A DNA stretch of 64,000 bases from Candidatus Ghiorseimicrobium undicola (lineage in GTDB: Bacteria; Omnitrophota; Gorgyraeia; Ghiorseimicrobiales; Ghiorseimicrobiaceae). The translations under genes were made by a program, and so were the position numbers. Below the pieces are notes generated by a model. It worked only from the letters and a program-made list of their open reading frames with translations. It ran no database searches and was not told where the DNA came from. The stretch spans positions 457-64,456 of the forward strand of contig PCWA01000035.1 of assembly GCA_002796125.1 (NCBI GenBank). Direction: 5' to 3'. Shown one piece after another: positions 1 through 9,409 of the stretch. How positions within the stretch are numbered: position 1 is the stretch's first letter; each line of letters starts with the position of its first letter.

Positions 1-795
1 TCAAGATTTTCTAAAGCCCAAGATGAATTAGATAAGATTACAGAGGAGTTATCGCGAAAAACAAAAGAATACACCGCTTTAGATAAAGATCTCTCGGACG
101 CCCGCCACAATATGGATAAGCAGAAGAGTGATTATGAATCGGTGTTGAATCAATTGCGTAATAAAAATGAAGCTATAGCCGCTGAACTTGGCAAGGCTAA
201 AGAGGAGAATAAGTCTTTAAGCCATGCTATAGACAACCTTAATCAAACGCTTAAAAACAGGGATAAGGCGCTGGCCGATCTAGGGAAAAAAGTACAGAAT
301 TTGAATGGAGAGGTTAAATCTAAGGATATTGGACTAAAAGATAGAATAGCCGAATTAGCAAAGCTCAAAGATGAACAGGGCCGGGATAAAGCAGCAGTAA
401 AGGAAAAAGACGCGCTTATTCAAAAATTGAATAATTCTGTTAAAGATTTAAGTTCCAAAATTGAAAAAATAAATTTGGTGAAATCTATCCTTGAGGATGA
501 TGTAGCCAGATTTAAAAATGAATTAAAGCAAAAAGCTCCGCCGCCTCAGGTTAGTGAACAAAAACCGCCTATGGCCGTTGTTTCACAAGAGCAGGCCTTG
601 CCTGCCCGTAAAGAAAAACTCACTGATTATGAGATGGTGCATATCCGCCTTTCCAAAGCAGATGAGTTTATCAACCGCGGTGAATATGAATCAGCCAGGA
701 AAGAATTACAGGAAGTATTAAAGATAGATTTTGAAAACAGAGAGGCTTTGGATTTATTGATGCGCGTGGATAATATTTTGAATATCCTTAAATAA
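1..795 (+). CDS. Coiled-coil protein with C-terminal TPR-like helix pair, 5'-truncated by the window edge; T2SS/T4P locus accessory protein
   Basis: Frame 1 is open from base 1 through the ATG at 112. Heptad-rich K/E/L sequence, a Pro-rich linker, then the TPR-like segment ADEFINRGEYESARKELQEVLKIDFENREA. Lies directly upstream of the secretin. Confidence 0.75.
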   Translation, partial: SRFSKAQDELDKITEELSRKTKEYTALDKDLSDARHNMDKQKSDYESVLNQLRNKNEAIAAELGKAKEENKSLSHAIDNLNQTLKNRDKALADLGKKVQNLNGEVKSKDIGLKDRIAELAKLKDEQGRDKAAVKEKDALIQKLNNSVKDLSSKIEKINLVKSILEDDVARFKNELKQKAPPPQVSEQKPPMAVVSQEQALPARKEKLTDYEMVHIRLSKADEFINRGEYESARKELQEVLKIDFENREALDLLMRVDNILNILK

Positions 796-814
796 TAAAA
801 TTACAGGAGGACTG

Positions 815-2578
815 ATGAGAATTATAAAAAATGCTGTGTGTTTTTTTCTGGCTGTTTGTTTTCTACTGGGGTTTCCTTTAGGCGTATTCGCCGAGGTGGC
901 AGAAGACTATTTTCAAAGTGCCGCGCAATATTACCTGAGAGGGGATTTGGAGCAGGCCAGGATCCAGCTTGATACAGCCCGGAAAATAGACCCGAATTAT
1001 GAACCGGCTAATAAGTTAAATTCTTTAATTAAGGAAAAGATTGGCTTGGGCGAAAAAGGTGATACGCTTTTGTCTTTGGATTTTCATGACGCGGATATTA
1101 CAGTCGTGCTTCAGGCCCTTTCTAAAGCATACGGTTTAAATATTATCGCCGGTGAAAAGGTTAATGGTAAAGTTACGGTGAGTTTCCGTGAGGTAAATTT
1201 AGAGCAGGCTTTAGATGCTGTTCTGAAGGTGAATGGCTATACTTATGAGCGCAAAAATAATATTATTACGGTATTGCCGGAAAAAGGAGATAAAGAAACG
1301 CTGGTGATTCCTTTAAAATACAGCTCAGCAGACGCGGTTAAAGAGATGTTCGCCAAAACCATTTCTGTCGATGGCGCTATTGAAGTACACCGGGAAGCGA
1401 ATTCTTTGGTTGTAACCGATCTTTCCGGGAATATTAAAAAAATTAAAACTTTAATGAAAGATGTTGATGTTCCGCCTGTGCAGATAAGCATTGAGGCAAA
1501 GCTGGTGGATATACAATCTAAGGATTTGCGCGCCTTGGGAGTAAAATATACCGCGGATTATACGGATACGGATATTTTTGGGCACAGAGGATCGTCTAAT
1601 ACCACGGAAGAAGAAATAAAAGGTACCTTTGATTTAGGCGAGGAGTCATCGAGCCTTTCTGGCGGGCAATTTAGTTTAGAAACATTTAATATCAAGCATT
1701 GGGTTGCCGATGCTACTATTGATGCGCTTATTTCCAAGCAGAAGGCGCATCTTTTAGCCAGCCCCAGTATTACCACTTTAAACAATAGTGAAGCAAAAAT
1801 AATCATCGGTGAAAAGGTTCCTTATAGAGAAGAAACGCAGACGCCCGTAGGTACGACTGAAACGACTAATTTTATTGATGTCGGTATATCGTTAAGTGTT
1901 ACCCCCCGCGTAAGCGACGACGAATATGTCACAATGACTATTCATCCCGAAGTCAGCTCGGTTTCAGAATTGCTGGATGCCGGCCCCCGCATTACTACCC
2001 GTGAAGCGGATACTGTAGTGCGCGTGCGCGATGGCGAAACCGTTGTCATAGGCGGATTAATCAAAAATCAGAATGACGGAGTGCGTTCTCGGATACCTAT
2101 TTTAGGCAATATTCCAATACTTGGTTTATTATTCAGCAATAAGAGTGAAGACAGGCTTCAAACAGAGTTAGCGGTTTTTATTACGCCTCATATTGTGCGC
2201 CCAGGCGTTAAGACAAAACTGGAAAATACATTTAGTCCGGTAAGCGCTGAATCTTTATATACCCGGGCAATGAATTTAATAGACAGGTTGGGAGTGGAAA
2301 CTTGGGATAGGACCAAGGAAGAAACCTTGAGAGAGGCCGCGTCAATTTTTGAGCAGTTAATTAAAGATTATTCCTCTAGCGAAAAAGCAGACGACGCGCT
2401 TTATAATCTTGGGATGATTTATTATCGGGAGAAATCGTTAAAAAATCTGGATAAATCCAAGGCGGCATTTGAACAGTTATTGAAGTGGTATCCGGAATCA
2501 AGGTATGTATCCAGGGCCCAGACAATCCTTAAGAAAATCGCAAGCATACAAAAAAGAGAAAAGGCAAGAAAGAAATAG
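815..2578 (+). CDS. Secretin (GspD/PilQ family) with N-terminal and C-terminal TPR domains
   Basis: Signal peptide, STN/N domains (LSLDFHDADITVVL), secretin core motifs (ASPSITTLNNSEAKIIIGEKVPY; VRDGETVVIGGLI; RIPILGNIPILGLLF) and TPR repeats at both ends. Confidence 0.92.
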   Translation: MRIIKNAVCFFLAVCFLLGFPLGVFAEVAEDYFQSAAQYYLRGDLEQARIQLDTARKIDPNYEPANKLNSLIKEKIGLGEKGDTLLSLDFHDADITVVLQALSKAYGLNIIAGEKVNGKVTVSFREVNLEQALDAVLKVNGYTYERKNNIITVLPEKGDKETLVIPLKYSSADAVKEMFAKTISVDGAIEVHREANSLVVTDLSGNIKKIKTLMKDVDVPPVQISIEAKLVDIQSKDLRALGVKYTADYTDTDIFGHRGSSNTTEEEIKGTFDLGEESSSLSGGQFSLETFNIKHWVADATIDALISKQKAHLLASPSITTLNNSEAKIIIGEKVPYREETQTPVGTTETTNFIDVGISLSVTPRVSDDEYVTMTIHPEVSSVSELLDAGPRITTREADTVVRVRDGETVVIGGLIKNQNDGVRSRIPILGNIPILGLLFSNKSEDRLQTELAVFITPHIVRPGVKTKLENTFSPVSAESLYTRAMNLIDRLGVETWDRTKEETLREAASIFEQLIKDYSSSEKADDALYNLGMIYYREKSLKNLDKSKAAFEQLLKWYPESRYVSRAQTILKKIASIQKREKARKK

Positions 2579-2606
2579 CTAAAAATTTAAAGACGTTTAT
2601 TCTGCC

Positions 2607-3827
2607 ATGCCATTTTTTAGATATAAGGTAAGAGATAGGTTCGGAGATGCGGTTAGCGGCCTTGTGGAGGGAGCTAACCCCGCGAGTGTCGCATTGGATC
2701 TGCGTAAGTTAGGTTATAGCGTTATAGACATAGAAGAACAGGGTAGTTTTGAAACAGCTGTAAATAACATATTAAACCGGTTTCGCAAGATTACAAAAGA
2801 AGAGGTGCTGCTCTTTACACGCCAGATATCCGCGATGATGAAGTCCGGCCTCCCGCTGTTGATCAGTCTTGAGAGTACGCTTAGTGAGATGCGGAATAAG
2901 AAATTCAAGGATGTTATTTTGACCATTAAAAAAGATGTGGAATCGGGGAGCGCTTTTAATGAAGCCCTGGCTAAGCATCCGCTGGTTTTTTCGGACTTAT
3001 TCGTAAATATGGTTAAGGCGGGCGAGTCAGCCGGTATATTGGATGATATTTTAGAGCGTCTAACACAGCTTGGAATACGCGATATCGAGTTGAGGAGCAA
3101 GGTGAAGGCGGCATTTACCTATCCTATAGTATTGTTGACCGTGGCAGGCGCGGTAATAATTTTTCTGCTGGTAGGTTTTTTGCCAAATTTTATTTCAAAG
3201 ATTCAGGCTGCCGGGATAAAATTACCTGCCCCCACTTTGTTTTTAATCACTCTGAGTAATTTTTTGCAGAAGTTTTTCGTTTTTATCATATTTGGAGTTA
3301 TTTTTGCGGTCATGTCTTTTTTTAGATACATTAAGACTGAAAAAGGCCGTTATAATTTTCATCATTTTCTTTTAACTATGCCGATATTCGGGCCTTTGTA
3401 TCTTAAAGTTTTGGTAGCGCGCTTTGCCTATACGTTGGCAGCATTGACAAAAAGCGGCATACCTATATTACAGGCTTTGGCGATAGTCGAGGGTACTGTC
3501 GGCAACGCGGTCTTAGTTCATGCAATACAACATGTGCGTTCAAGCCTTAGTGAGGGCCAGAGCCTGGCAGAGCCTTTTCGCGCGAGCGGGCTTTTTCCGG
3601 CGATGGTTACGCAAATGATTTCTGCGGGTGAAAAAACCGGTAAATTAGATAATATGCTGGAAGATGTGGCAAATTTTTATGAATTAGAGACAGGTTATTC
3701 TATACGCAATGTAACGACATTGCTTGAGCCGATTTTATTATTAGGCATGGGTTTGATTGTAGGATTTATTGCGCTGTCGGTGCTTTTGCCTGTTTTGAAT
3801 GTAGTTAAATCAATGCAATACACATAA
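2607..3827 (+). CDS. pilC: Type II secretion/type IV pilus inner-membrane platform protein (GspF/PilC)
   Basis: MPFFRYKVRD start, FTRQISAMMKSGLPL, AGESAGILDDIL, AGEKTGKLDNML, LLEPILL motifs; three TM segments. Confidence 0.93.
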   Translation: MPFFRYKVRDRFGDAVSGLVEGANPASVALDLRKLGYSVIDIEEQGSFETAVNNILNRFRKITKEEVLLFTRQISAMMKSGLPLLISLESTLSEMRNKKFKDVILTIKKDVESGSAFNEALAKHPLVFSDLFVNMVKAGESAGILDDILERLTQLGIRDIELRSKVKAAFTYPIVLLTVAGAVIIFLLVGFLPNFISKIQAAGIKLPAPTLFLITLSNFLQKFFVFIIFGVIFAVMSFFRYIKTEKGRYNFHHFLLTMPIFGPLYLKVLVARFAYTLAALTKSGIPILQALAIVEGTVGNAVLVHAIQHVRSSLSEGQSLAEPFRASGLFPAMVTQMISAGEKTGKLDNMLEDVANFYELETGYSIRNVTTLLEPILLLGMGLIVGFIALSVLLPVLNVVKSMQYT

Positions 3828-3854
3828 AACTGAATATTTCACAAGGAGGTTTAA

Positions 3855-4328
3855 ATGTTATTTAAGAGAGAAAAAATGCCAAGAGGAAAAAAAGGTTTTA
3901 CATTAATCGAGCTTTTAATAGTAGCTACGATTATTGCGATATTGGCAATGATAGTTATACCGAATTTTGCGGGATTTGATGTTGGGGCGAGAGTCGCCGC
4001 GACCCAAAGTAACTTAAATATTATCCGCACCGCAATTACCGTATTCAGAAGCAAGGAAGGGGCTTATCCTGTTTCTCTTGCGGATTTAGTCAATACAACC
4101 TATCTGGACGCCGGTATTCCCCGGCCGTATCTAAGAAAGATGCCGCCTGAGTTAATCAGCGATAAATCAGGCAATAGTTTCTATGTAGATCAGTTGTCTA
4201 CGGATCCTTTGTCGGGTGCAGGAGGATGGGCATATTTTACAAACCAAGCCGATGTAGTGGTAAATATTAATGCGCCTTTAGATGTGAAATGGAGCGAATA
4301 TAAAGGCGAAAATCCTTCCCAATGGTGA
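3855..4328 (+). CDS. Major (pseudo)pilin, GspG-like
   Basis: Class III signal KKG|FTLIELLIVATIIAILAMIVIP; G-x-YP-x-SL-x-DL motif; strong RBS AGGAGG at 3844-3849. Confidence 0.88.
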   Translation: MLFKREKMPRGKKGFTLIELLIVATIIAILAMIVIPNFAGFDVGARVAATQSNLNIIRTAITVFRSKEGAYPVSLADLVNTTYLDAGIPRPYLRKMPPELISDKSGNSFYVDQLSTDPLSGAGGWAYFTNQADVVVNINAPLDVKWSEYKGENPSQW

Positions 4329-4699
4329 GGTTGTCAGGTAATTATACTCTAAAACATTTACGCGGAGCAACATTATTATTAGCAATAATTGCACTCTCCG
4401 CGCTTTCTTTGTTCGGCTTGAGTTTAATCAATCTAACTATATCGCGCATAATTAACGTTGATTTAGAGATAGATAAAGTAAAAGCCCTCTATGTGGCGGA
4501 GGCGGGCATAGCCAAATCATTACATGAGCTTAAGAAAGGCCTGGATCCTGATGGCGACGGGATAGGAGTAATAGCCCGTAGTAAATTTTTTGAAGGCACT
4601 TTCGAAGTAACTTATAATGCTGCCTTGTTTACGTTTACATCTATAGGCAGAGTAAATGGAGTGGAGCGTTTAATTCAACTGAAGTGTGTGGGAGGCTGA
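4322..4699 (+). CDS. Minor pilin, PilX/GspK-like
   Basis: RG|ATLLLAII lacking Glu5, followed by KALYVAEAGIAK (PilX N-terminal motif). Confidence 0.78.
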   Translation: MVRLSGNYTLKHLRGATLLLAIIALSALSLFGLSLINLTISRIINVDLEIDKVKALYVAEAGIAKSLHELKKGLDPDGDGIGVIARSKFFEGTFEVTYNAALFTFTSIGRVNGVERLIQLKCVGG

Positions 4700-5112
4700 T
4701 GCAAAATAAAAAATTAAACACGGCATTTACCTATATTGAAATGATGGTGACAGTGGTGATCGTTGCCATCTGTTTTGTTCCGTTGATACAGGTTTTTTCG
4801 GACAGTATAGCTAAAATTGGTTATGCCGGAGATAAACTGACTGCTCTTAATTTAGCCAGGGATGAAATGGAGAAGATCAAAAATCTAAATTTAACTGAGG
4901 CGCAGTTTATATCGATGGGCAATGTTATTATTCCCGCTAAAGATAAGCCTCCTTTAAAGCGGAATAAGGCGTATTGGAGAATTGAGCGCATATTAAAAGA
5001 AAATTCAGATCCTTTGGAAGTGCGTGTAATTGTCTATCGCCAAGGAAAAGAAGCATACAAGGTGTTAGAATTGGCGACGCTGATAGAAGACCTGGAATGG
5101 AGCGCCGATTAA
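4699..5112 (+). CDS. Minor pilin, PilV/GspI-like
   Basis: TA|FTYIEMMVTVVIVAI prepilin motif and ALNLARDEMEKIK. Start moved to ATG 4699, which overlaps the upstream stop (TGATG) and follows GGAGG. Confidence 0.8.
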   Translation: MQNKKLNTAFTYIEMMVTVVIVAICFVPLIQVFSDSIAKIGYAGDKLTALNLARDEMEKIKNLNLTEAQFISMGNVIIPAKDKPPLKRNKAYWRIERILKENSDPLEVRVIVYRQGKEAYKVLELATLIEDLEWSAD

Positions 5113-5144
5113 AAAGATATGCCGGATAAAAAGGCGTTAATTTT

Positions 5145-6386
5145 ATGATTAGGAAAGCAGAATCATTTTTCAGGATTTTTAGCCCTAAAAAGCGTTTATT
5201 TCCGGCTGGGCTGACACTTGTTGAACTGCTGGTGGTTATTGTCTTGGCTGTTATAGTGACCAGCGTAGTTAGTTTGACTTTGAGGGCCGGGTTGGGATCA
5301 TGGCAGATAGGCGAGGGAGAGATAGCCTTGCAGCGCCAGGCACAGCGAATAATGGAGGAAATTATAGAAGGCAAAGATGATATTCCGGGAATTAGAGAAG
5401 CTTTAAGTGTTGTGGAAGCGGACGTTAATTCTTTAGGAGTTGTGCCATTATGGGAAGATATTTATAGGAATTATCAAAAAGAAGAAGCGGAATTCGTATT
5501 GACAAAGCCGTTTAGTCCGGGAGCGCCGCTTCCCATTGGGCAAATGAAGACTCCCGGCTCAAAAAAATATATATCCGTGCCGGCAGTTTTTCTTTATGAT
5601 GAAGACGGTACTTCGCGGGCTGGCGGAAATACGGTAAAATTCCTTAATTCCGTCCCCAGGGGCAGCGATGTCAGGTTGTTATATTTTCCGGACGCCTCAG
5701 GAGACTCCAGTGTTATTATGCGATATTATTGGGATAGGAATTCCAGGAAAATATTCAGGGAATACCGCGGCAGAAAAGAAGAGGTGGTTAAATATGACAG
5801 GAATGTTAATATCGCCGATTTAAAATTTTTATATTATGATAATTTAAATAATATGCTCAGTGTGGGAAAAAAAAGTTCTCTTTCTGCAGTTGGGATAGAT
5901 TTTATTGTTGAAAAAAACAATGTTTTACGGGAGCTTTCTTCTTTTGTTTCTATACGGGGATTGGGCGGTAATTTGGGCAGCGGTTTGGCCTTAAATGAAG
6001 AGATGGAGGTTTTGATTCCCGATAGTAAGCAGATACGCACACTCGCCTTAGATAATATATGGGGAATATCAGACGATGATAAGCTTGATATCGAAATTTC
6101 CGGATACGGCCGCACATGGAAAATTAGTATAGATTTTGGCATATCCGGGGCAGAGCCGTCGATATTAGGATTTAATATCGAGTATCCGCCCGGTTCAGTC
6201 GTATATACGAATAAGCGTATCAGGCCTGCCAAAAGCGGTTTAAATTTATTAAAATTAGGTAATGATTATTATGATTATGACGACGATGCCAATGTCGAAG
6301 ACATAGTTGATGTAAGCGGGGAGGAAGTAAAATTTAGAGTTACGCGTATGGATATATCCGCCGCGGCAATATTTGTAAGGCCTTAA
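5145..6386 (+). CDS. Large minor pilin, PilW/GspJ-like, with extended C-terminal domain
   Basis: AG|LTLVELLVVIVLAVIV prepilin motif; 413 aa. Confidence 0.78.
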   Translation: MIRKAESFFRIFSPKKRLFPAGLTLVELLVVIVLAVIVTSVVSLTLRAGLGSWQIGEGEIALQRQAQRIMEEIIEGKDDIPGIREALSVVEADVNSLGVVPLWEDIYRNYQKEEAEFVLTKPFSPGAPLPIGQMKTPGSKKYISVPAVFLYDEDGTSRAGGNTVKFLNSVPRGSDVRLLYFPDASGDSSVIMRYYWDRNSRKIFREYRGRKEEVVKYDRNVNIADLKFLYYDNLNNMLSVGKKSSLSAVGIDFIVEKNNVLRELSSFVSIRGLGGNLGSGLALNEEMEVLIPDSKQIRTLALDNIWGISDDDKLDIEISGYGRTWKISIDFGISGAEPSILGFNIEYPPGSVVYTNKRIRPAKSGLNLLKLGNDYYDYDDDANVEDIVDVSGEEVKFRVTRMDISAAAIFVRP

Positions 6387-6397
6387 AAAAACGGAGA

Positions 6398-8104
6398 ATG
6401 CACATGGAAAACCTGGATAAGAAAAGAATGCTGATAGGGGAAATCCTGTTGAAGGAGGGTGTGATAAACGATAAACAGCTAAAGGATGCCTTAAAAGAAC
6501 AGCAGGCTACCGGAAGGCCGCTGGGAGATATTTTAGTCCAGAAGCGGATTATCAGCGAGGAGGATGTGGCGATTAGGCTCAGCGAGCAGCTAAAAATTCC
6601 TTATGTGGATTTAGCGTTTTATTCAATTGAGAATAATATTTTGAACCTTATTCCGGAAAAAGTTGCCAGGAAGTTTAATGTCATGCCGCTTTTTAAAATA
6701 GGCGATTCGCTTACAGTGGCTATGGTTGATCCTTTGGACATAGGAGTAGTTGACCAGCTTATGCAGGTGGCAAAATGCGAAATAGAGCCTGTATTTGCGA
6801 CTAGCTCAAATATTCATGAGGCGATAGATAAATATTATGGCGCCGGCCTTAAGCCATTTGAACAGGCGATAGAAGATATTAAAATAACGCATCAGGAAGA
6901 GTCGCTAAAGCGCCCGGCAGGCAGGGCCGCGGTTGCAAAGTTTTCCTCTCCAGATCAGGCGCCGATAGTTAAATTGGTTAATTCCTTAATAGAGGATGCC
7001 GTAGCTAATGATGTCAGCGATATCCACATCGAGCCGGCTGACAATGCTTTGTTTGCCCGCTATAGGATAGACGGGGTACTTTACGATGTTACGGCCCCTC
7101 CGCGCAAGTTCCAGGAGGCGATAGTTTCCCGTATTAAGATTATGGCGAATATGGATATTGCCGAAAAACGGCTTCCGCAGGAAGGGCGTATTCAAATGCG
7201 CGTTTCCGGAAAGGAAATAGACCTAAGGATTTCTACTTTTCCGACAATCTATGGCGAAAATTTGGTTATCCGCATATTAGACCGCAGTAATGTTCTTTTA
7301 GAGATAGGCGATTTAGGTTTTAATCCGCAGCATTTAACACAATTTGAACAATTAATTACGAGGCCATATGGAATAATACTTGTTACCGGCCCCACCGGAT
7401 CAGGAAAGACGACCACGCTTTATGCCTCTTTAAACAAGATAAATTCTACCGACAAAAATATAATTACTCTGGAAGATCCGGTAGAGTATCGCCTGGAGCG
7501 GATAAGGCAATCACAGATCGATGTTAAATCCGGCTTGACTTTCGCAAAAGGCCTGCGTTCAATATTAAGGCAGGATCCGGATGTGATAATGGTCGGTGAA
7601 ATCAGAGATTTGGAAACAGCCGAAATCGCAATTCATGCCGCCCTGACCGGGCATTTGGTTTTTGCCACGCTTCATACGAATGACGCGGCAGGGGCTATCG
7701 GGCGGCTTGTGGATATGGGTATTGAGCCGTTTTTAATATCTTCTTCGCTTGCCGGTGTTTTAGCACAGCGGCTTATCCGTCGCATCTGCCAAAATTGTAA
7801 AGAAACTTACAAGGCGCAGGAAGGAGTCGTTAAAGAGTTAAAGCTGGATAAAGATGATCTTTCTAGAGGTAAAGGCTGCGATAAATGCCGTGGCACCGGA
7901 TATAAGGGGCGAACGGCTATTTTTGAGCTGCTTATCCCGAATGAACAAATAAAAGAATTAATTATTGAGAAGGCCTCGTCTGATAAAATAAGAAAAGCCG
8001 CCATTGCCGCAAAAATGCAGACACTCTACGAGCACGGATTGTTAAAAGTTAAATCCGGGTTAACTACGGCGGAAGAAGTAATGCGGCTTACCATCGAAGA
8101 ATAG
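6398..8104 (+). CDS. pilB: T2SS/T4P assembly ATPase (GspE/PilB) with N-terminal MshEN-like region
   Basis: LIGEILLKEGVI and LGDILVQKRII repeats, SDIHIEP, Walker A GPTGSGKTT, LRQDPDVIMVGEIRD, Zn motif CxxC...CxxC. Confidence 0.93.
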   Translation: MHMENLDKKRMLIGEILLKEGVINDKQLKDALKEQQATGRPLGDILVQKRIISEEDVAIRLSEQLKIPYVDLAFYSIENNILNLIPEKVARKFNVMPLFKIGDSLTVAMVDPLDIGVVDQLMQVAKCEIEPVFATSSNIHEAIDKYYGAGLKPFEQAIEDIKITHQEESLKRPAGRAAVAKFSSPDQAPIVKLVNSLIEDAVANDVSDIHIEPADNALFARYRIDGVLYDVTAPPRKFQEAIVSRIKIMANMDIAEKRLPQEGRIQMRVSGKEIDLRISTFPTIYGENLVIRILDRSNVLLEIGDLGFNPQHLTQFEQLITRPYGIILVTGPTGSGKTTTLYASLNKINSTDKNIITLEDPVEYRLERIRQSQIDVKSGLTFAKGLRSILRQDPDVIMVGEIRDLETAEIAIHAALTGHLVFATLHTNDAAGAIGRLVDMGIEPFLISSSLAGVLAQRLIRRICQNCKETYKAQEGVVKELKLDKDDLSRGKGCDKCRGTGYKGRTAIFELLIPNEQIKELIIEKASSDKIRKAAIAAKMQTLYEHGLLKVKSGLTTAEEVMRLTIEE

Positions 8105-8110
8105 GCTTTA

Positions 8111-8620
8111 ATGGAGATGTTGGATTATATAAGGCAGAGGCGTGCTGTGCGCAGGTATAAGGATGCTGTCCCCGAAGAAGGCTATATAGAAAAGATTTTA
8201 GAGGCAGGCCGTTGGGCCCCTTCCGGTTTGAATAACCAGCCGTGGCGGTTTTTAGTAATTAAGGATAAAGAAAGAAAAGCCGCCATATCAAAATTTACAA
8301 AATACGCGAAGATTATAGAATCTGCCCCGGTATTAGTTATAGTCTGCATGGATGTAGCAGATTCTTACAATCGCGACAAGGATTTAATGGCAATTGGTGC
8401 CTGCATACAAAACATATTGCTTGAGGCGCACTCGCTTGATATGGGGGCTTGCTGGCTGGGAGAAATATTGAATAATAAAGGCCGCCTGTCGAAGTATCTC
8501 GGCTTAGATGATGATTTTGAAATTATGGCAGTTTTGGCGGTTGGGTTTTCGGATGAGGAACTAACGGAAGGCTGCCGTAAGCCTTTAATGAAATTAATGA
8601 TAAAAGCCGATGAAAATTAG
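8111..8620 (+). CDS. Nitroreductase family protein
   Basis: RRAVRRY, AGRWAPSGLNNQPWRF, QNILLEAHSLDMGACW motifs. Confidence 0.9.
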   Translation: MEMLDYIRQRRAVRRYKDAVPEEGYIEKILEAGRWAPSGLNNQPWRFLVIKDKERKAAISKFTKYAKIIESAPVLVIVCMDVADSYNRDKDLMAIGACIQNILLEAHSLDMGACWLGEILNNKGRLSKYLGLDDDFEIMAVLAVGFSDEELTEGCRKPLMKLMIKADEN

Positions 8621-8621
8621 C

Positions 8622-8650
8622 TTGACAACTTTATTATGCTATGGTATATT
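8622..8650 (+). promoter_or_regulatory. Sigma70-type promoter for the heme/cytochrome cluster
   Basis: TTGACA (8622-8627), 17-bp spacer, TATATT (8645-8650), with extended -10 TG. Confidence 0.75.
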
Positions 8651-8716
8651 ATTTTTTCTGGTTGAAATATAAGTAATTGGTAGATAAGTAGTTAAAGATA
8701 TTTTTTTTATTTTTAT

Positions 8717-8734
8717 TTGTGAAAAAATTAACAA
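8717..8734. promoter_or_regulatory. Putative Rex (NADH/NAD+ sensor) operator
   Basis: TTGTGAA-AAAA-TTAACAA, one mismatch to the Rex consensus TTGTGAA-N4-TTCACAA; lies between the promoter and the first ATG. Confidence 0.6.
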
Positions 8735-8754
8735 GGTAATCAACAAAAATAATT

Positions 8755-9405
8755 ATGCCCGGATATTATCCTGTTAACTTAAATCTCAAGGCGAAAAAAT
8801 GTGTTGTTGTCGGCGGCGGAGATGTTGCTCTGCGTAAGGTAAGGCGCCTTATTTCTTGCGGGGCTAAAGTTGAAGTCATAAGCCCTAAATTTGCGCCGCA
8901 TTTTAAAAAAGCGGCTGTTCACGGGCGCGCGGTTTTGAAAAAAAAGCATGTAAATATATGCGATATAAATGACGCTTTTTTGGTAATCGCCGCTACAGGC
9001 GATCGGCGAATAAATAATTTGATATCATCTTACTGCATGGAAAAAGGCACGCTGGTTAATGTAGTCGACTGCCCTGATGATTGTAATTTTATCCTGCCTT
9101 CCATAGTGGAAAAAGGAGACCTTACTATTAGCATATCTACCTCTGGGGTAAGCCCGGCGCTATCTAAGAAAATCCGCGTAGAGCTGGAGAAAAAATTCGG
9201 CAGTGAATACGCGGAATTTTTGCGCCTGATGAAAAAAATCCGTCCCCGGGTGATTTCGCTTGTAAATAAACCGGCGGCGCGGAAGGCGTTTTTTAAGAAA
9301 GTCGCTAGTTCTCAGGCGCTGACTCTTATCAAAAAACACAAAAGAAAACAGCTGGAAAAGAAGATTGCGCGAATGTTAAAAGATATCCCCAGGATACCCC
9401 GGTGA
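8755..9405 (+). CDS. sirC: Precorrin-2 dehydrogenase/sirohydrochlorin ferrochelatase (SirC/Met8, CysG N-terminal type)
   Basis: YYPVNLNLKAKKCVVVGGGDVALRK; LVNVVDCPDDCNFILPS; ISISTSGVSPALSKKIR. Confidence 0.9.
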   Translation: MPGYYPVNLNLKAKKCVVVGGGDVALRKVRRLISCGAKVEVISPKFAPHFKKAAVHGRAVLKKKHVNICDINDAFLVIAATGDRRINNLISSYCMEKGTLVNVVDCPDDCNFILPSIVEKGDLTISISTSGVSPALSKKIRVELEKKFGSEYAEFLRLMKKIRPRVISLVNKPAARKAFFKKVASSQALTLIKKHKRKQLEKKIARMLKDIPRIPR

Positions 9406-9409
9406 TTTT

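Noticed and set aside
3827-3844. Rex site upstream of the major pilin
   Set aside because: Only the right half-site (TTCACAA) matches.
3855-4328. Geobacter-type short conductive e-pilin
   Set aside because: The protein is 157 aa with a GspG-like globular domain, not a truncated ~60-aa pilin; conductivity cannot be inferred.
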